From positions 1-28,150 of the forward strand of contig CAYTWC010000001.1 of the NCBI GenBank assembly GCA_964441975.1: 28,150 bases of DNA, read 5' to 3'. The position numbers were made by a program, and so were the translations under genes. Position 1 is the first letter of the stretch. Each line of letters begins with the position of its first letter. Under the pieces are notes generated by a model. It was given only the letters and a program-made list of their open reading frames with translations. It did no database searches and had not been told where the DNA came from. Shown in pieces: positions 8,850 to 17,790 of the stretch. Origin of the DNA: an uncultured Acidimicrobiaceae bacterium (lineage in GTDB: Bacteria > Actinomycetota > Acidimicrobiia > Spongiisociales > UBA5794).

Positions 8850-11231
8850 ATGTCCAAGATCCATTCTTCGCGTCGCATGCGCTGGCTCATCGTTGCCGCA
8901 CTGGCGGCGATTCTCACCATCGGAACCATCACAATCGGCATTGCGAGCTCGGGATCGCCCGATGAGATCCGGCTTGTTCTCGACCACGGCACGAGCGAGT
9001 TCCAGTACGGATCGGAACGACAGAAGATTCGCACCGGTCACAACCAATGCAACGCAAATCCTGACAAGTATGGGGCCGGTCTCGTCACCGTCGAAACCGG
9101 GGCATACAGCTGGCACCACAAGCCGGTCGACGGAAAACTCGGCCTCGTCAATGGTGGTCTCGGCGTCAGCGCGACCGGATACTGGTGGGAGATCGCATGT
9201 GGCAAGATCGACTACTGGGGATCAGGCAAGTCCGAGTCCATCTCATTCGGAGTCGGACCCGCGATCAACAACCAAGTATTCACCTACGTCGACTTCGACT
9301 TGAGTGCGAAGCACGACTCCAGAGTGCGATTCGACTTCTATCAGGGTGACACGATCGTAGGAACCCAGATCACCGATCTCGAAAGCAGCGCAAGACACTC
9401 AGAGTCGAACAAGGGACACGACTGGCACCACGACAAGTACCGAGTCCTTGCGTTCCCGACCGCACCCGACGGTCCGCCGACAATGACGCCCCCGGAAACC
9501 ATCGTGCCGTTCGATCGGATCGTGGTATCCGCAGCTAAGGGTGCGGTGTCGGTCGAGGGCGGATCAAACTGGGGCAAGGAGTACAACAACTCGGACAAGG
9601 GACGCCCGACCGTCTTTCATCTGACGACGTCGATCGCAGAGATTTCTGTGGATGCATCGGTTCTCGGGTACCCGGACGACGATCTCGGCTTCGTGGAAGC
9701 AGGAACGACGCTTGACTGGAAGTACGCCGTCACGAACACAGGTGATCTCCCACTGACGAACATCAACGTCATCGACAGCACCGGACTGACCATCTCCGGA
9801 CCGTCCGGCGACGACGGTGACAACATTCTGTCCGCCGCCGAGACCTGGTACTACACGGCTTCGAGCCCTGCGGTCATGAGTGCACCGGGAGGCGGCGGGG
9901 AGACCCACGAGATCACGGCCACCGGCCAGTCGGCGGATGACGGTGTGTCTGCGACAGACGAGATCACCTACTTCGGAATGTCAGCATCGATCGAGATGGA
10001 CAAGACGACGGAGGGATCCGATGACGGAGGCGTCTACTCGGGGCCGGGAGACGACGTGCTGATCAACGCCGGCGACACCGTCACGTGGACCTATCACGTC
10101 ACCAACACCGGAAATGTCCCTCTGACCATTTCCGTCGAGGACAACCCCGAGGGGTCGGCGAGCTGCCCATCGGGTTCACTCGCACCGGGGGCATCGGTGG
10201 ACTGCTCGCTGACCGCAACCGCGGACGAGAGCCCTGGCGAAGCGCTTGCGGACGGGACGTATGAGGACGGATACTCCAATTCAGCGATCGCAACCGGCAC
10301 GCACGGGCCGACCGAAACCAGCGTTGAATCGACAAGCGACGAATCAGGCTATTTCGGTATGAATCGATCCCTCTTCATCGAGGTGACGAACAACGGTGTT
10401 GGGACACCTCCCGTCGTATCCGATCCGGAGGTCGTCTGGACGGTCTTCGCACGGAACGACGGCAACGTCGAGGTCGAGGTGATCGTCGCGGAGGAGAACG
10501 TTCCTGACGGTGCGAGTCCGAATCAATGTGACATCGCCGAATCGCTCCTCCCGGGGGAATCCGACTCCTGTGAGATTCGGACGCCTGCAGTGGACGGTGA
10601 ACAAACGACGACGTTCACGGTTCGCGGAGAAGATCCGCTCGGCATGGTGATCGAAGAGACCAGCGGTACCGTCGGCTACTACGGCGGTCTCGCTTGCGGT
10701 GAAAGCGCTGAGAGCGGTGGACCTGATCTCACCGACACGCCGTTGGCTGGCTTCTTCGTCGGGCCATCGACGAAGGACGATTCGACGGACTGCGCTGTCG
10801 CTGTCGATATCGTCACCGAGAACGACCCCGAAGAGCCGGAACAGTCGGTGTTCCTCGGTGCACCCGTCGGCTACAGCTGGGTCGGCGTGACCGGGTTGCT
10901 GACGATCGAGTGGGACATCGAAGATCCGGCCGACGGTCTCAGGCCGACGCTCCAGACCAACGGTCTTGTGACGGAGGAGGTACCGGTGTGTGCGGGGGAT
11001 GTCGCGGTTGAGATCGCCGAACCCGCCCCGGGTGACTTCATGTACACGTTGATCGACAACCCGGTCGGTGACGGGAGCTATCCGAATGCGACCGGCGGAG
11101 GTGATGTCTGTCTGGTACTCCACACCACGCGGACGATCAACTACGACAACGGTGGAACACCGGAGGTGAAGACACTCACGACTGAGGTCTTCTACATCTT
11201 CAACGATCCACGACTCAGCCGCCCACGCTGA
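8850..11231 (+). CDS. Large secreted or membrane-tethered protein with three tandem DUF11/DUF7507-like Ig-fold repeats
   Basis: N-terminal RRMRWLIVAALAAILTIGTITIGIASS. Repeats GTTLDWKYAVTNTGDLPLTNINVID, GDTVTWTYHVTNTGNVPLTISVED and EVVWTVFARNDGNVEV, each ending in Y[FY]G. Acidic, Cys-containing C-terminal domain. SD-like GGAAGG upstream. Confidence 0.85.
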   Translation: MSKIHSSRRMRWLIVAALAAILTIGTITIGIASSGSPDEIRLVLDHGTSEFQYGSERQKIRTGHNQCNANPDKYGAGLVTVETGAYSWHHKPVDGKLGLVNGGLGVSATGYWWEIACGKIDYWGSGKSESISFGVGPAINNQVFTYVDFDLSAKHDSRVRFDFYQGDTIVGTQITDLESSARHSESNKGHDWHHDKYRVLAFPTAPDGPPTMTPPETIVPFDRIVVSAAKGAVSVEGGSNWGKEYNNSDKGRPTVFHLTTSIAEISVDASVLGYPDDDLGFVEAGTTLDWKYAVTNTGDLPLTNINVIDSTGLTISGPSGDDGDNILSAAETWYYTASSPAVMSAPGGGGETHEITATGQSADDGVSATDEITYFGMSASIEMDKTTEGSDDGGVYSGPGDDVLINAGDTVTWTYHVTNTGNVPLTISVEDNPEGSASCPSGSLAPGASVDCSLTATADESPGEALADGTYEDGYSNSAIATGTHGPTETSVESTSDESGYFGMNRSLFIEVTNNGVGTPPVVSDPEVVWTVFARNDGNVEVEVIVAEENVPDGASPNQCDIAESLLPGESDSCEIRTPAVDGEQTTTFTVRGEDPLGMVIEETSGTVGYYGGLACGESAESGGPDLTDTPLAGFFVGPSTKDDSTDCAVAVDIVTENDPEEPEQSVFLGAPVGYSWVGVTGLLTIEWDIEDPADGLRPTLQTNGLVTEEVPVCAGDVAVEIAEPAPGDFMYTLIDNPVGDGSYPNATGGGDVCLVLHTTRTINYDNGGTPEVKTLTTEVFYIFNDPRLSRPR

Positions 11232-11241
11232 CACCAGGAGG

Positions 11242-14200
11242 TCAAGGAACGTTCCGTACACCCAGTGTGCGGAACGTTTCTTGCGCCTCCGACCGCTGAC
11301 CGTCCAAGACCGCCGAACTGTCGATGCGGTCGAGTGTCGCCACGAGTAGTGCTGCCTCGTAGGTGTCGCCGCGATCGCTGGCTTCGGCGAGACCACCCTT
11401 GAGGACGGACATGGCCTCATCGTGTTGTCCGTCGGCGTCGAGGATGGAGCCCCTGACTCTGGCGAGAAGCGGTGCGAAGAAGTCGAGGTGCTCGTCGGGA
11501 GCCTCGCCGGTTGCGCGGTCGAGTATGCGCAGTCCGGCAGCGGGGTCACCCGAGCGGCAAGCGGCGTCGGCGAGATGGATCGAGGCCTCAAGTATGTCGG
11601 CATCGAGTCTCAGACCGCGCGAGGCAGCTATGGCTGATTCGAGGTACTGCGACGATTGGTCGAGTTCCCCGCGCAGTCCGAACATCCTGCCGATCAGGAT
11701 GTCGACAAAAGCGATCCCCTCATCGAACCCAGATGCCGCATGTACTCGCCTCGCCGAGAACAAGGGTTCCTCGGCTTCATCAAACCGACCCTGATTCACG
11801 AGCACCTCGCCGATGTTCGAATCAGCGCGGGCGACCTCGACGACGTTGCCAACGCGATCGAGAGCGGTGCGGCCCTCTCGATAGAACTCAAGCGCCCCTA
11901 CCCAGTCACCCCGCCAGTAGGCCATGACTCCGAGGTTCTGCGCAACCTGTCCCTCCTGGTCAAGTCGCCCGTGTTCCCGGTAGATCTCCAAGGATCGCTC
12001 GGAATTGGTCGCGGCCGTCAGATCTCCGAGCATCACGAGCGAGTAGTCCAGTACAGAGAGCGCCCTGGCGAGAGCAATGTCGTCGTCGACCGACTGCGCA
12101 GCCTCGATCGCAGCAAGTGCTGCTTTCCGCGCCTCGGTCGGTTTCTGCTGCGCCTGTCTGATGACCGCTTCCATCCCGATCGCGTCAGCCCTCTGCTTGC
12201 GCATCGCCGGGCTGTCGATCGACTCTGCGAGATTCCGTGCTCGGGTCGCCTCGCTGAGCGCGGCCGAATATCTGCCCGCCCGTTCCTTTGCACTTGCGCG
12301 TTTGAGAAGGATCGCAGCCTGCTGCTCGGGATCGTCGCGAGCCCATTCCGACGCGCGTCGATAGGCGTCGAGCGCGGCATCGAACTGGCCGAGCTGCTCA
12401 CGGACATCCCCGAGATCCGTCCATACCTTCATCCGGGACGCTTCATCCACCGCGGCGAACCGTCGTGCGGCTTCAAGGGCCCGCTCGTACTGGGCTGCAG
12501 CCGACGCGTTCGCGAACAACGCCCTGTTACGGTCGGCTGCCATACGGGCATACCGCCAGGCTGCCTCGTGATCACCGGCCTCTGAGAAATGGAGGGCGAC
12601 CATGTCGGCAACGGATTCCTCATCACCTGAGGCACTCGCCAGCAAGAGCGTTCCCGCGGCAGCGTGCAGTTCCCGTCTCAGGCGATACGACAGACCCTCG
12701 TAGGCCATATCACGGACCATGGCGTGTCGGAACTCAAGCCGGGATGAACCGTCCCCATCGATGAACGCCGCCAGGGTGGTTCGCGTTGCCTCGTCGAGAT
12801 CGATCTCCTGGCTCCGGAGAAGGTCCCTCGCCACGCTGACCCGGAAGCTGCGCCCGAGCACAGACAGGTACCGCAATACTCGCCGAGCCAATGGAGGGAG
12901 GTTGTCGATCTGACTGCCGACCACGCCGTCGAGCGAGGTGGGCAACGATGACACATCGCCCGATTCCCGCACGATGGTGACGAGTTCCTCGACGAACAGT
13001 GGGCTACCGCCGGAGCGGCGCGCGATCGTTGCGACGATGTCCGGACGAAACGGAGCGGCCTCGGTGGCCGCGTGGATCAATTCGGTGACCTCGTCGTCTT
13101 CGAGCGGTCCCAAGGGGAGTTCGTCGGTCCCTTCGACGACTCCCTCCCTGCTCGTCGCCAACACGATCCACGGCCGTTCGGACAGATCCGAAGTGTCGGA
13201 GGCGATCCGCTCGAGGAGGGATGTGGTGGCGGGATCTGCCCAATGGATGTCGTCGGCGAACACGACGAGCCCCTCGGGGTACACCGTCGCGAGCAGCCTT
13301 GTGACCACGTCGACCGTGCGTTCGTGACGGAATCTCGGCTCGATCGCAAGCGTTTCGGGGGTCGGATCCAACTCGATGTGTGCGACGTCGCCGATCAGCG
13401 GTGCGAACGGTGCAAGATCCGGTGCGACCGTCGATATCGCGAGCCGAATCTGCTCTGCCATCTCGGGCTGCGGTCCACGATCGACTCCGAGGGTTGTACG
13501 GATCGCATCGCGCCATGACCGATACGGGTTCGCGGACCCGTATGGCTCGGACCGGACATCGATCCGCGGCACCGCGAGGTCGGCGACCGCTTCGGATACC
13601 AGACGGGTCTTGCCGATACCGGTCGGACCGGTCACAGTCACACCGGTTCCCGAGCTTGCGAGCACCTCCGAGATTCGTGCGAGCTCGACGGGCCGGCCGA
13701 CCATCGGTGAACGGTTCTCGAGGGAATCGCGCGTTCCGGATTCATCGCCGATCGCGTACGCCTGCACCGGCGCCGATTTGCCTTTGACGTGAAAAGGTTC
13801 GACCGGGGCCGTGCTGAAGAGCGTTGACGATCCGTCGATGACCGGCCGCGTCGCGAACACCTCACCCACCGGACTGGCGGCCATGAGCCTGGCAGCGAGG
13901 TTCACCGTGTCGCCCATGATGGTGTATGTCGAGCGCTCGGACGTGCCGACCTCGCCGGCGAACACGTCGCCCCGATTGACCCCAACACGGGTCTGGAGCG
14001 GAGTCGAGACGTCGACGATGCGACGTGCGGCTCGGAGCATGCGGCCGTCCTCGTCGACCCGGGTCCTCGGGACACCCGCCACCAGGATGATCTTGAACGA
14101 GTTCCGGTCGACGTCGGTAGCAAGAAACGTGACTTCTTCCTCGTCCGCGATCGCCATCACGGCCGACACGAACTCGGCTATGGCGGCCGCGGTGGCCGCG

Positions 14201-14991
14201 ATCCCTGTGGTTACGACGAGATCGTCGACCCCCGCCGCCTTGACGAATGCGACCGTCGCCTGCCGGTGCTCCGAGTCGGGCGTTCCCGCACCGAGGAACG
14301 GACGCAACGCCGTCGGGATGAGGTCGTCCACCTCCCCACCGGTTGACCGATCACGACCCGTTGACTCGATCGGCGGAACGCGCGGTGTCCTCCAACGCAG
14401 CAGCCATCCGTCCCCCTTGGCCGCGGATGCCGAACCGGAAGGCAACAGGGCCCGGGTGGAATCACTGACGACGATCTCGCCCGCCTCCGCGATGCCCTCC
14501 ATTTCGGTGACCCGAGAAGCAGCGGCGCCGCCGACGATCAACTCCACGTGGGATCCATCGGCTCGGAACAGATGAACCGGACCGGTGTGCACACCTTGGG
14601 ACATCCGCAGCGGAACCCGACCGACGGAGGTCGGGATCTCGGCAGCGATCCGCAACGCAGACCGCATCTCGACGGTCGCCGACGCTGCCTGCACTGCATG
14701 ATCGTCTCCCTCGAACAGGAGCAGGAGCGCGTCGCCACCGTACTTGACGAGGCTCCCACCTCGTCGCGCCGCGAGGTCCAGCATGTCGCCGAACACCCGA
14801 TTGAGGATCTCGGTCAGCTCCTCGGCACCAACTCGGCCGAGTGTCGCAAGTTTCTCTGAAAGCGCTGTGAACCCTGAAATGTCGACAAAGCACAGCGTGC
14901 CCTCGACTGTCTTCCATATCTGTTCCGGATCGGTACCCCAGTCGCGCAGGTGTACCGACGCGAAACGATCGAGATTCGGGGTGAGATCCAC
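11242..14991 (-). CDS. Tandem class III nucleotidyl cyclase + STAND ATPase + TPR protein (soluble-AC-like architecture)
   Basis: C1: LCFVDISGFTALSEKL...GAEELTEILN...VKYGGDALL. C2: RQATVAFVK...GVNRGDVFAGEVG...YTIMGDTVNLAARLM. MVGRPVEL; Walker A GPTGIGKT; Walker B FADDIHWAD; EFRHAMVRDMAY; C-terminal TPRs. GTG start with SD GGAAGG. Confidence 0.94.
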   Translation of the reverse strand: MDLTPNLDRFASVHLRDWGTDPEQIWKTVEGTLCFVDISGFTALSEKLATLGRVGAEELTEILNRVFGDMLDLAARRGGSLVKYGGDALLLLFEGDDHAVQAASATVEMRSALRIAAEIPTSVGRVPLRMSQGVHTGPVHLFRADGSHVELIVGGAAASRVTEMEGIAEAGEIVVSDSTRALLPSGSASAAKGDGWLLRWRTPRVPPIESTGRDRSTGGEVDDLIPTALRPFLGAGTPDSEHRQATVAFVKAAGVDDLVVTTGIAATAAAIAEFVSAVMAIADEEEVTFLATDVDRNSFKIILVAGVPRTRVDEDGRMLRAARRIVDVSTPLQTRVGVNRGDVFAGEVGTSERSTYTIMGDTVNLAARLMAASPVGEVFATRPVIDGSSTLFSTAPVEPFHVKGKSAPVQAYAIGDESGTRDSLENRSPMVGRPVELARISEVLASSGTGVTVTGPTGIGKTRLVSEAVADLAVPRIDVRSEPYGSANPYRSWRDAIRTTLGVDRGPQPEMAEQIRLAISTVAPDLAPFAPLIGDVAHIELDPTPETLAIEPRFRHERTVDVVTRLLATVYPEGLVVFADDIHWADPATTSLLERIASDTSDLSERPWIVLATSREGVVEGTDELPLGPLEDDEVTELIHAATEAAPFRPDIVATIARRSGGSPLFVEELVTIVRESGDVSSLPTSLDGVVGSQIDNLPPLARRVLRYLSVLGRSFRVSVARDLLRSQEIDLDEATRTTLAAFIDGDGSSRLEFRHAMVRDMAYEGLSYRLRRELHAAAGTLLLASASGDEESVADMVALHFSEAGDHEAAWRYARMAADRNRALFANASAAAQYERALEAARRFAAVDEASRMKVWTDLGDVREQLGQFDAALDAYRRASEWARDDPEQQAAILLKRASAKERAGRYSAALSEATRARNLAESIDSPAMRKQRADAIGMEAVIRQAQQKPTEARKAALAAIEAAQSVDDDIALARALSVLDYSLVMLGDLTAATNSERSLEIYREHGRLDQEGQVAQNLGVMAYWRGDWVGALEFYREGRTALDRVGNVVEVARADSNIGEVLVNQGRFDEAEEPLFSARRVHAASGFDEGIAFVDILIGRMFGLRGELDQSSQYLESAIAASRGLRLDADILEASIHLADAACRSGDPAAGLRILDRATGEAPDEHLDFFAPLLARVRGSILDADGQHDEAMSVLKGGLAEASDRGDTYEAALLVATLDRIDSSAVLDGQRSEAQETFRTLGVRNVP

Positions 14992-15074
14992 AGCGCCTTC
15001 CAGGTCCGAGGAACAGCTGACACACTACCCAGCCCACCGACGGGACCCAGCCTGTCTGCCTCTCGATTCGGTGG

Positions 15075-16274
15075 CTAGGCGTCCCTCACCATGACATCGA
15101 CGATGTGTTCTGCGATTGCAAGGCTCGATGTCGCGCCAGGCGACGGCGCGTTCCGAACGGTCACGATCCCGTCGTTGACGTTCACGCGGAAGTCGTCCAC
15201 CAGCGATCCGTCCCTGTCAAGCGCCTGGGCGCGGACACCGGTGCGACCTCGAATGATGTCCGCTCGCCCGATCGCTGGGACATAGCGCGAGGCGAGCTTC
15301 ATGTACGCCGAGGTCGAGAGCGAGCCCCACATCTCGGATGCCCCGGCCCGCCAGTGCTTCCCTGCCATCCGCCAGAAGCCCGGCCAACCGAGCGTCCTAC
15401 CGAGGTCCGCAAAGCCGAGATCCGACCTCTTGTAGCCCTCCCGCTTGAGAGCGAGCACGGCGTTCGGTCCCACCTCGAGTCCACCCGAAACATTCCGGGT
15501 GAAGTGCACCCCGAGGAACGGGTATCGCGGGTCGGGCACGGGATAGATCATCCCCCGCACCAGATCCTGCTTGTCCGCAGCAACGGTCATGTACTCACCA
15601 CGGAAGGGGACGATCCTTGGCGATCGTTGCCCGTCGACCGGCTCAGAAACGGTGTCGGACTGCAGACCCGCACAGACGACCAATCGACCCACCGTATGAA
15701 CGGTTTCCCGGGTGATGAGGTCGATCGAGCCGCCCCGCCGGGTGATCCTTTCGATCCTCGAACCAAGGACCACACGCCCACCGCGTCTCTCGACGCCGGC
15801 CGCAAGAGATCGCGCGATCGCTGGGTAGTCGGTGATGGCGGTGGCCGGCGAATGGAGCGCTGCCACACCGGCCCCATGGGGTTCGATGTCCGCGATCCCC
15901 GACGGACCGAGGCGGACGAGACCCGGCACACGGTTCTCACGTGCCGTCTTCTCAAGCGCGTCGAGCCGCCCGATCTCGGTTTCATCGACAGCGACGACAA
16001 GCTTTCCACACGCTTCAAACGGCAGCTGGTGCTCGGCGCAGTAGTCTCGGAGGAGGGCCCTCCCTCTCGAGCAGAGCTCAGCCTTGAGACTGCCGGGCTG
16101 GTAGTAGATCCCTGCGTGGACAACGCCTGAGTTGTGGCCTGTCTGATGGATTCCGACCGCAGCCTCCTTGTCGAAGACAGTGATCTCGGAATCTGGGAAG
16201 CGACGTCCAAGTTCTCTCGCAACCGCGAGACCGATGATGCCGGCGCCGATGACGCCGATCCTGTCACTCTTCAT
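15075..16274 (-). CDS. lhgO: L-2-hydroxyglutarate oxidase (FAD-dependent)
   Basis: GAGIIGLA (FAD), QTGHNSGVVHAGIYYQPGSLKA.LC, PFRGEY, IYPVPDPRYPFLGVHFT, GPNAV, GVRAQA, NAPSPGATSSLAIAEHI. Confidence 0.93.
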   Translation of the reverse strand: MKSDRIGVIGAGIIGLAVARELGRRFPDSEITVFDKEAAVGIHQTGHNSGVVHAGIYYQPGSLKAELCSRGRALLRDYCAEHQLPFEACGKLVVAVDETEIGRLDALEKTARENRVPGLVRLGPSGIADIEPHGAGVAALHSPATAITDYPAIARSLAAGVERRGGRVVLGSRIERITRRGGSIDLITRETVHTVGRLVVCAGLQSDTVSEPVDGQRSPRIVPFRGEYMTVAADKQDLVRGMIYPVPDPRYPFLGVHFTRNVSGGLEVGPNAVLALKREGYKRSDLGFADLGRTLGWPGFWRMAGKHWRAGASEMWGSLSTSAYMKLASRYVPAIGRADIIRGRTGVRAQALDRDGSLVDDFRVNVNDGIVTVRNAPSPGATSSLAIAEHIVDVMVRDA

Positions 16275-16292
16275 TGGTGCACCGGACTCGGC

Positions 16293-17645
16293 TCAAACGC
16301 GTTCTCTTGAATGATCATCACCCACCACAACGACATCGGAAGCATCAACGGTAGCCCCGAACTCGCGCGGTTGATCGCCGGCCCGTGCGGCGCCGACCAC
16401 AAGGTAGGTCGGCACGACACCGACCCCCCGCATCGCAATCGGCCCGCGCTCTTCGACCTCGAACATCGGGACGATGAGGTCGCGCGTCTGCTCGCTCACG
16501 TGGACCCGTCCACGGATGCCGTATTCCTCGAGTCGCGACGCAACGTTCACGGTGTCCCCCCAGATGTCATAGGCGAATTTGCGGGTTCCGATCACACCAC
16601 CGGCGACAGGCCCCGAGTGGACGCCCACCCGCACAGCGAGATCCGGGAAACGCTCAGACGCCGCCGTGACGTCGATGATTGCGAGCGCGAGGTCCACCAC
16701 CTTCTGGGCGTGGTCGGGCATCGCCTCGGGGAGTCCTCCAACGGCCATGTAGGAATCACCCACTGTCTTGATCTTCTCGAGACCCCTGTCGTCGACAAGA
16801 TCGTCGTACGCCGAGAACAGCTCTCCGAGCATCGAGATGACCGTATTCGCGGAGAGCGTGGCTGCAAGCGGTGTGAACCCGATGATGTCAGCGAACATGA
16901 CCGAAACGGATGGAAAGTCATCCGCGATCTGGGTTTCGCCGTTCCTGAGACGATACGTCACTGATTCAGGAAGGACGTTGAGTAGCAGACGCTCGGACTC
17001 TGCGCGTTCGTCCTCGAGATGCTGCGCCTGCTCCTCGATCACGAGTCGTTGGTGCCACGACCGACGCCGGTTCCGTTCGATGAGCCGCAGCCCCACAAGG
17101 CTTGCGATCCCTGCAACGACGTAGAAGAAGCAGTCCACGAGGAGGCTCCCGTCTCCTGCATACGTCGCAACGGCCGCGGCGAGCCCGAGTCCGATCACAA
17201 CGGTTCGCACGGCCGCGTGCACGAAGCGGGTCCGTGACACGAAGCCGAACAGAAACAGCAGCAGGATCGCTGCGATCGCGTAACCATGCAGAAAGGCCGA
17301 GGAAGCACCAAGCGCCAGGATCACCAATCCGTTCGCTGACGTCAAGAACGTCGCAAGCCCGTGCTGCCGATTCATCGTGGACGCCCACCGAGCTGCGATG
17401 AAGCAGGCCGTGCCTACGGCGGCCATCGTCAACCCGACCGTGACCGCTCGTTCGCTTGATATGTCGGTACCGCGTGGGAGCACGAAAGCCGCGATCGCCC
17501 AGATGATCGCTGTCGCACCGGTGATGATTCGGTACCCGGCCAGGCCGTCCGCACCTTCTTCGCGCTGATAGGCAGCTTCGAGTTCGTCGTCGAGAAACCT
17601 GAGCGTGAACGGTTGGACCGCACCGCGACGGAGCATCTCGGTCAC
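16293..17645 (-). CDS. 6-TM class III adenylate cyclase, Rv1625c/mammalian-like
   Basis: FTLRFLDDELEAAY, six hydrophobic segments, helical domain ESERLLLNVLP, then VMFADIIGFT, KIKTVGDSYM, RVGVHSGPV, AYDIWGDTVNVASRL. Both metal Asp, adenine-selecting Lys/Asp and catalytic Asn/Arg are present. Confidence 0.95.
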   Translation of the reverse strand: MTEMLRRGAVQPFTLRFLDDELEAAYQREEGADGLAGYRIITGATAIIWAIAAFVLPRGTDISSERAVTVGLTMAAVGTACFIAARWASTMNRQHGLATFLTSANGLVILALGASSAFLHGYAIAAILLLFLFGFVSRTRFVHAAVRTVVIGLGLAAAVATYAGDGSLLVDCFFYVVAGIASLVGLRLIERNRRRSWHQRLVIEEQAQHLEDERAESERLLLNVLPESVTYRLRNGETQIADDFPSVSVMFADIIGFTPLAATLSANTVISMLGELFSAYDDLVDDRGLEKIKTVGDSYMAVGGLPEAMPDHAQKVVDLALAIIDVTAASERFPDLAVRVGVHSGPVAGGVIGTRKFAYDIWGDTVNVASRLEEYGIRGRVHVSEQTRDLIVPMFEVEERGPIAMRGVGVVPTYLVVGAARAGDQPREFGATVDASDVVVVGDDHSRERV

Positions 17646-17790
17646 GTCAGGGCCGCGACCGATCCACTCGACAACTCGGGGTGTCGACGAGTCACCATCT
17701 ACCCATTATCGCGAGAATTTTGGCCGGGTGGAGCCGGAGCCGAACCGGTCAGGCGAGCCAACCTTGACCAACCCGATCAGGCTCTCACCC

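Noticed and set aside
11232-11241. AGGAGG just after the stop of the Ig-repeat gene, resembling an SD of a lost downstream gene
   Set aside because: No start codon at suitable spacing and no credible ORF; a 6-mer like this is expected by chance.
10344-12585. Long antisense ORFs 10344-11603 (-) and 11656-12585 (+)
   Set aside because: They are antisense shadows of real genes with no recognisable domains.
17668-17687. TCGACA-N8-TGTCGA palindrome upstream of the 6-TM cyclase
   Set aside because: It resembles a LexA box but has the wrong half-site and spacing; TCGA words are very frequent in this genome.
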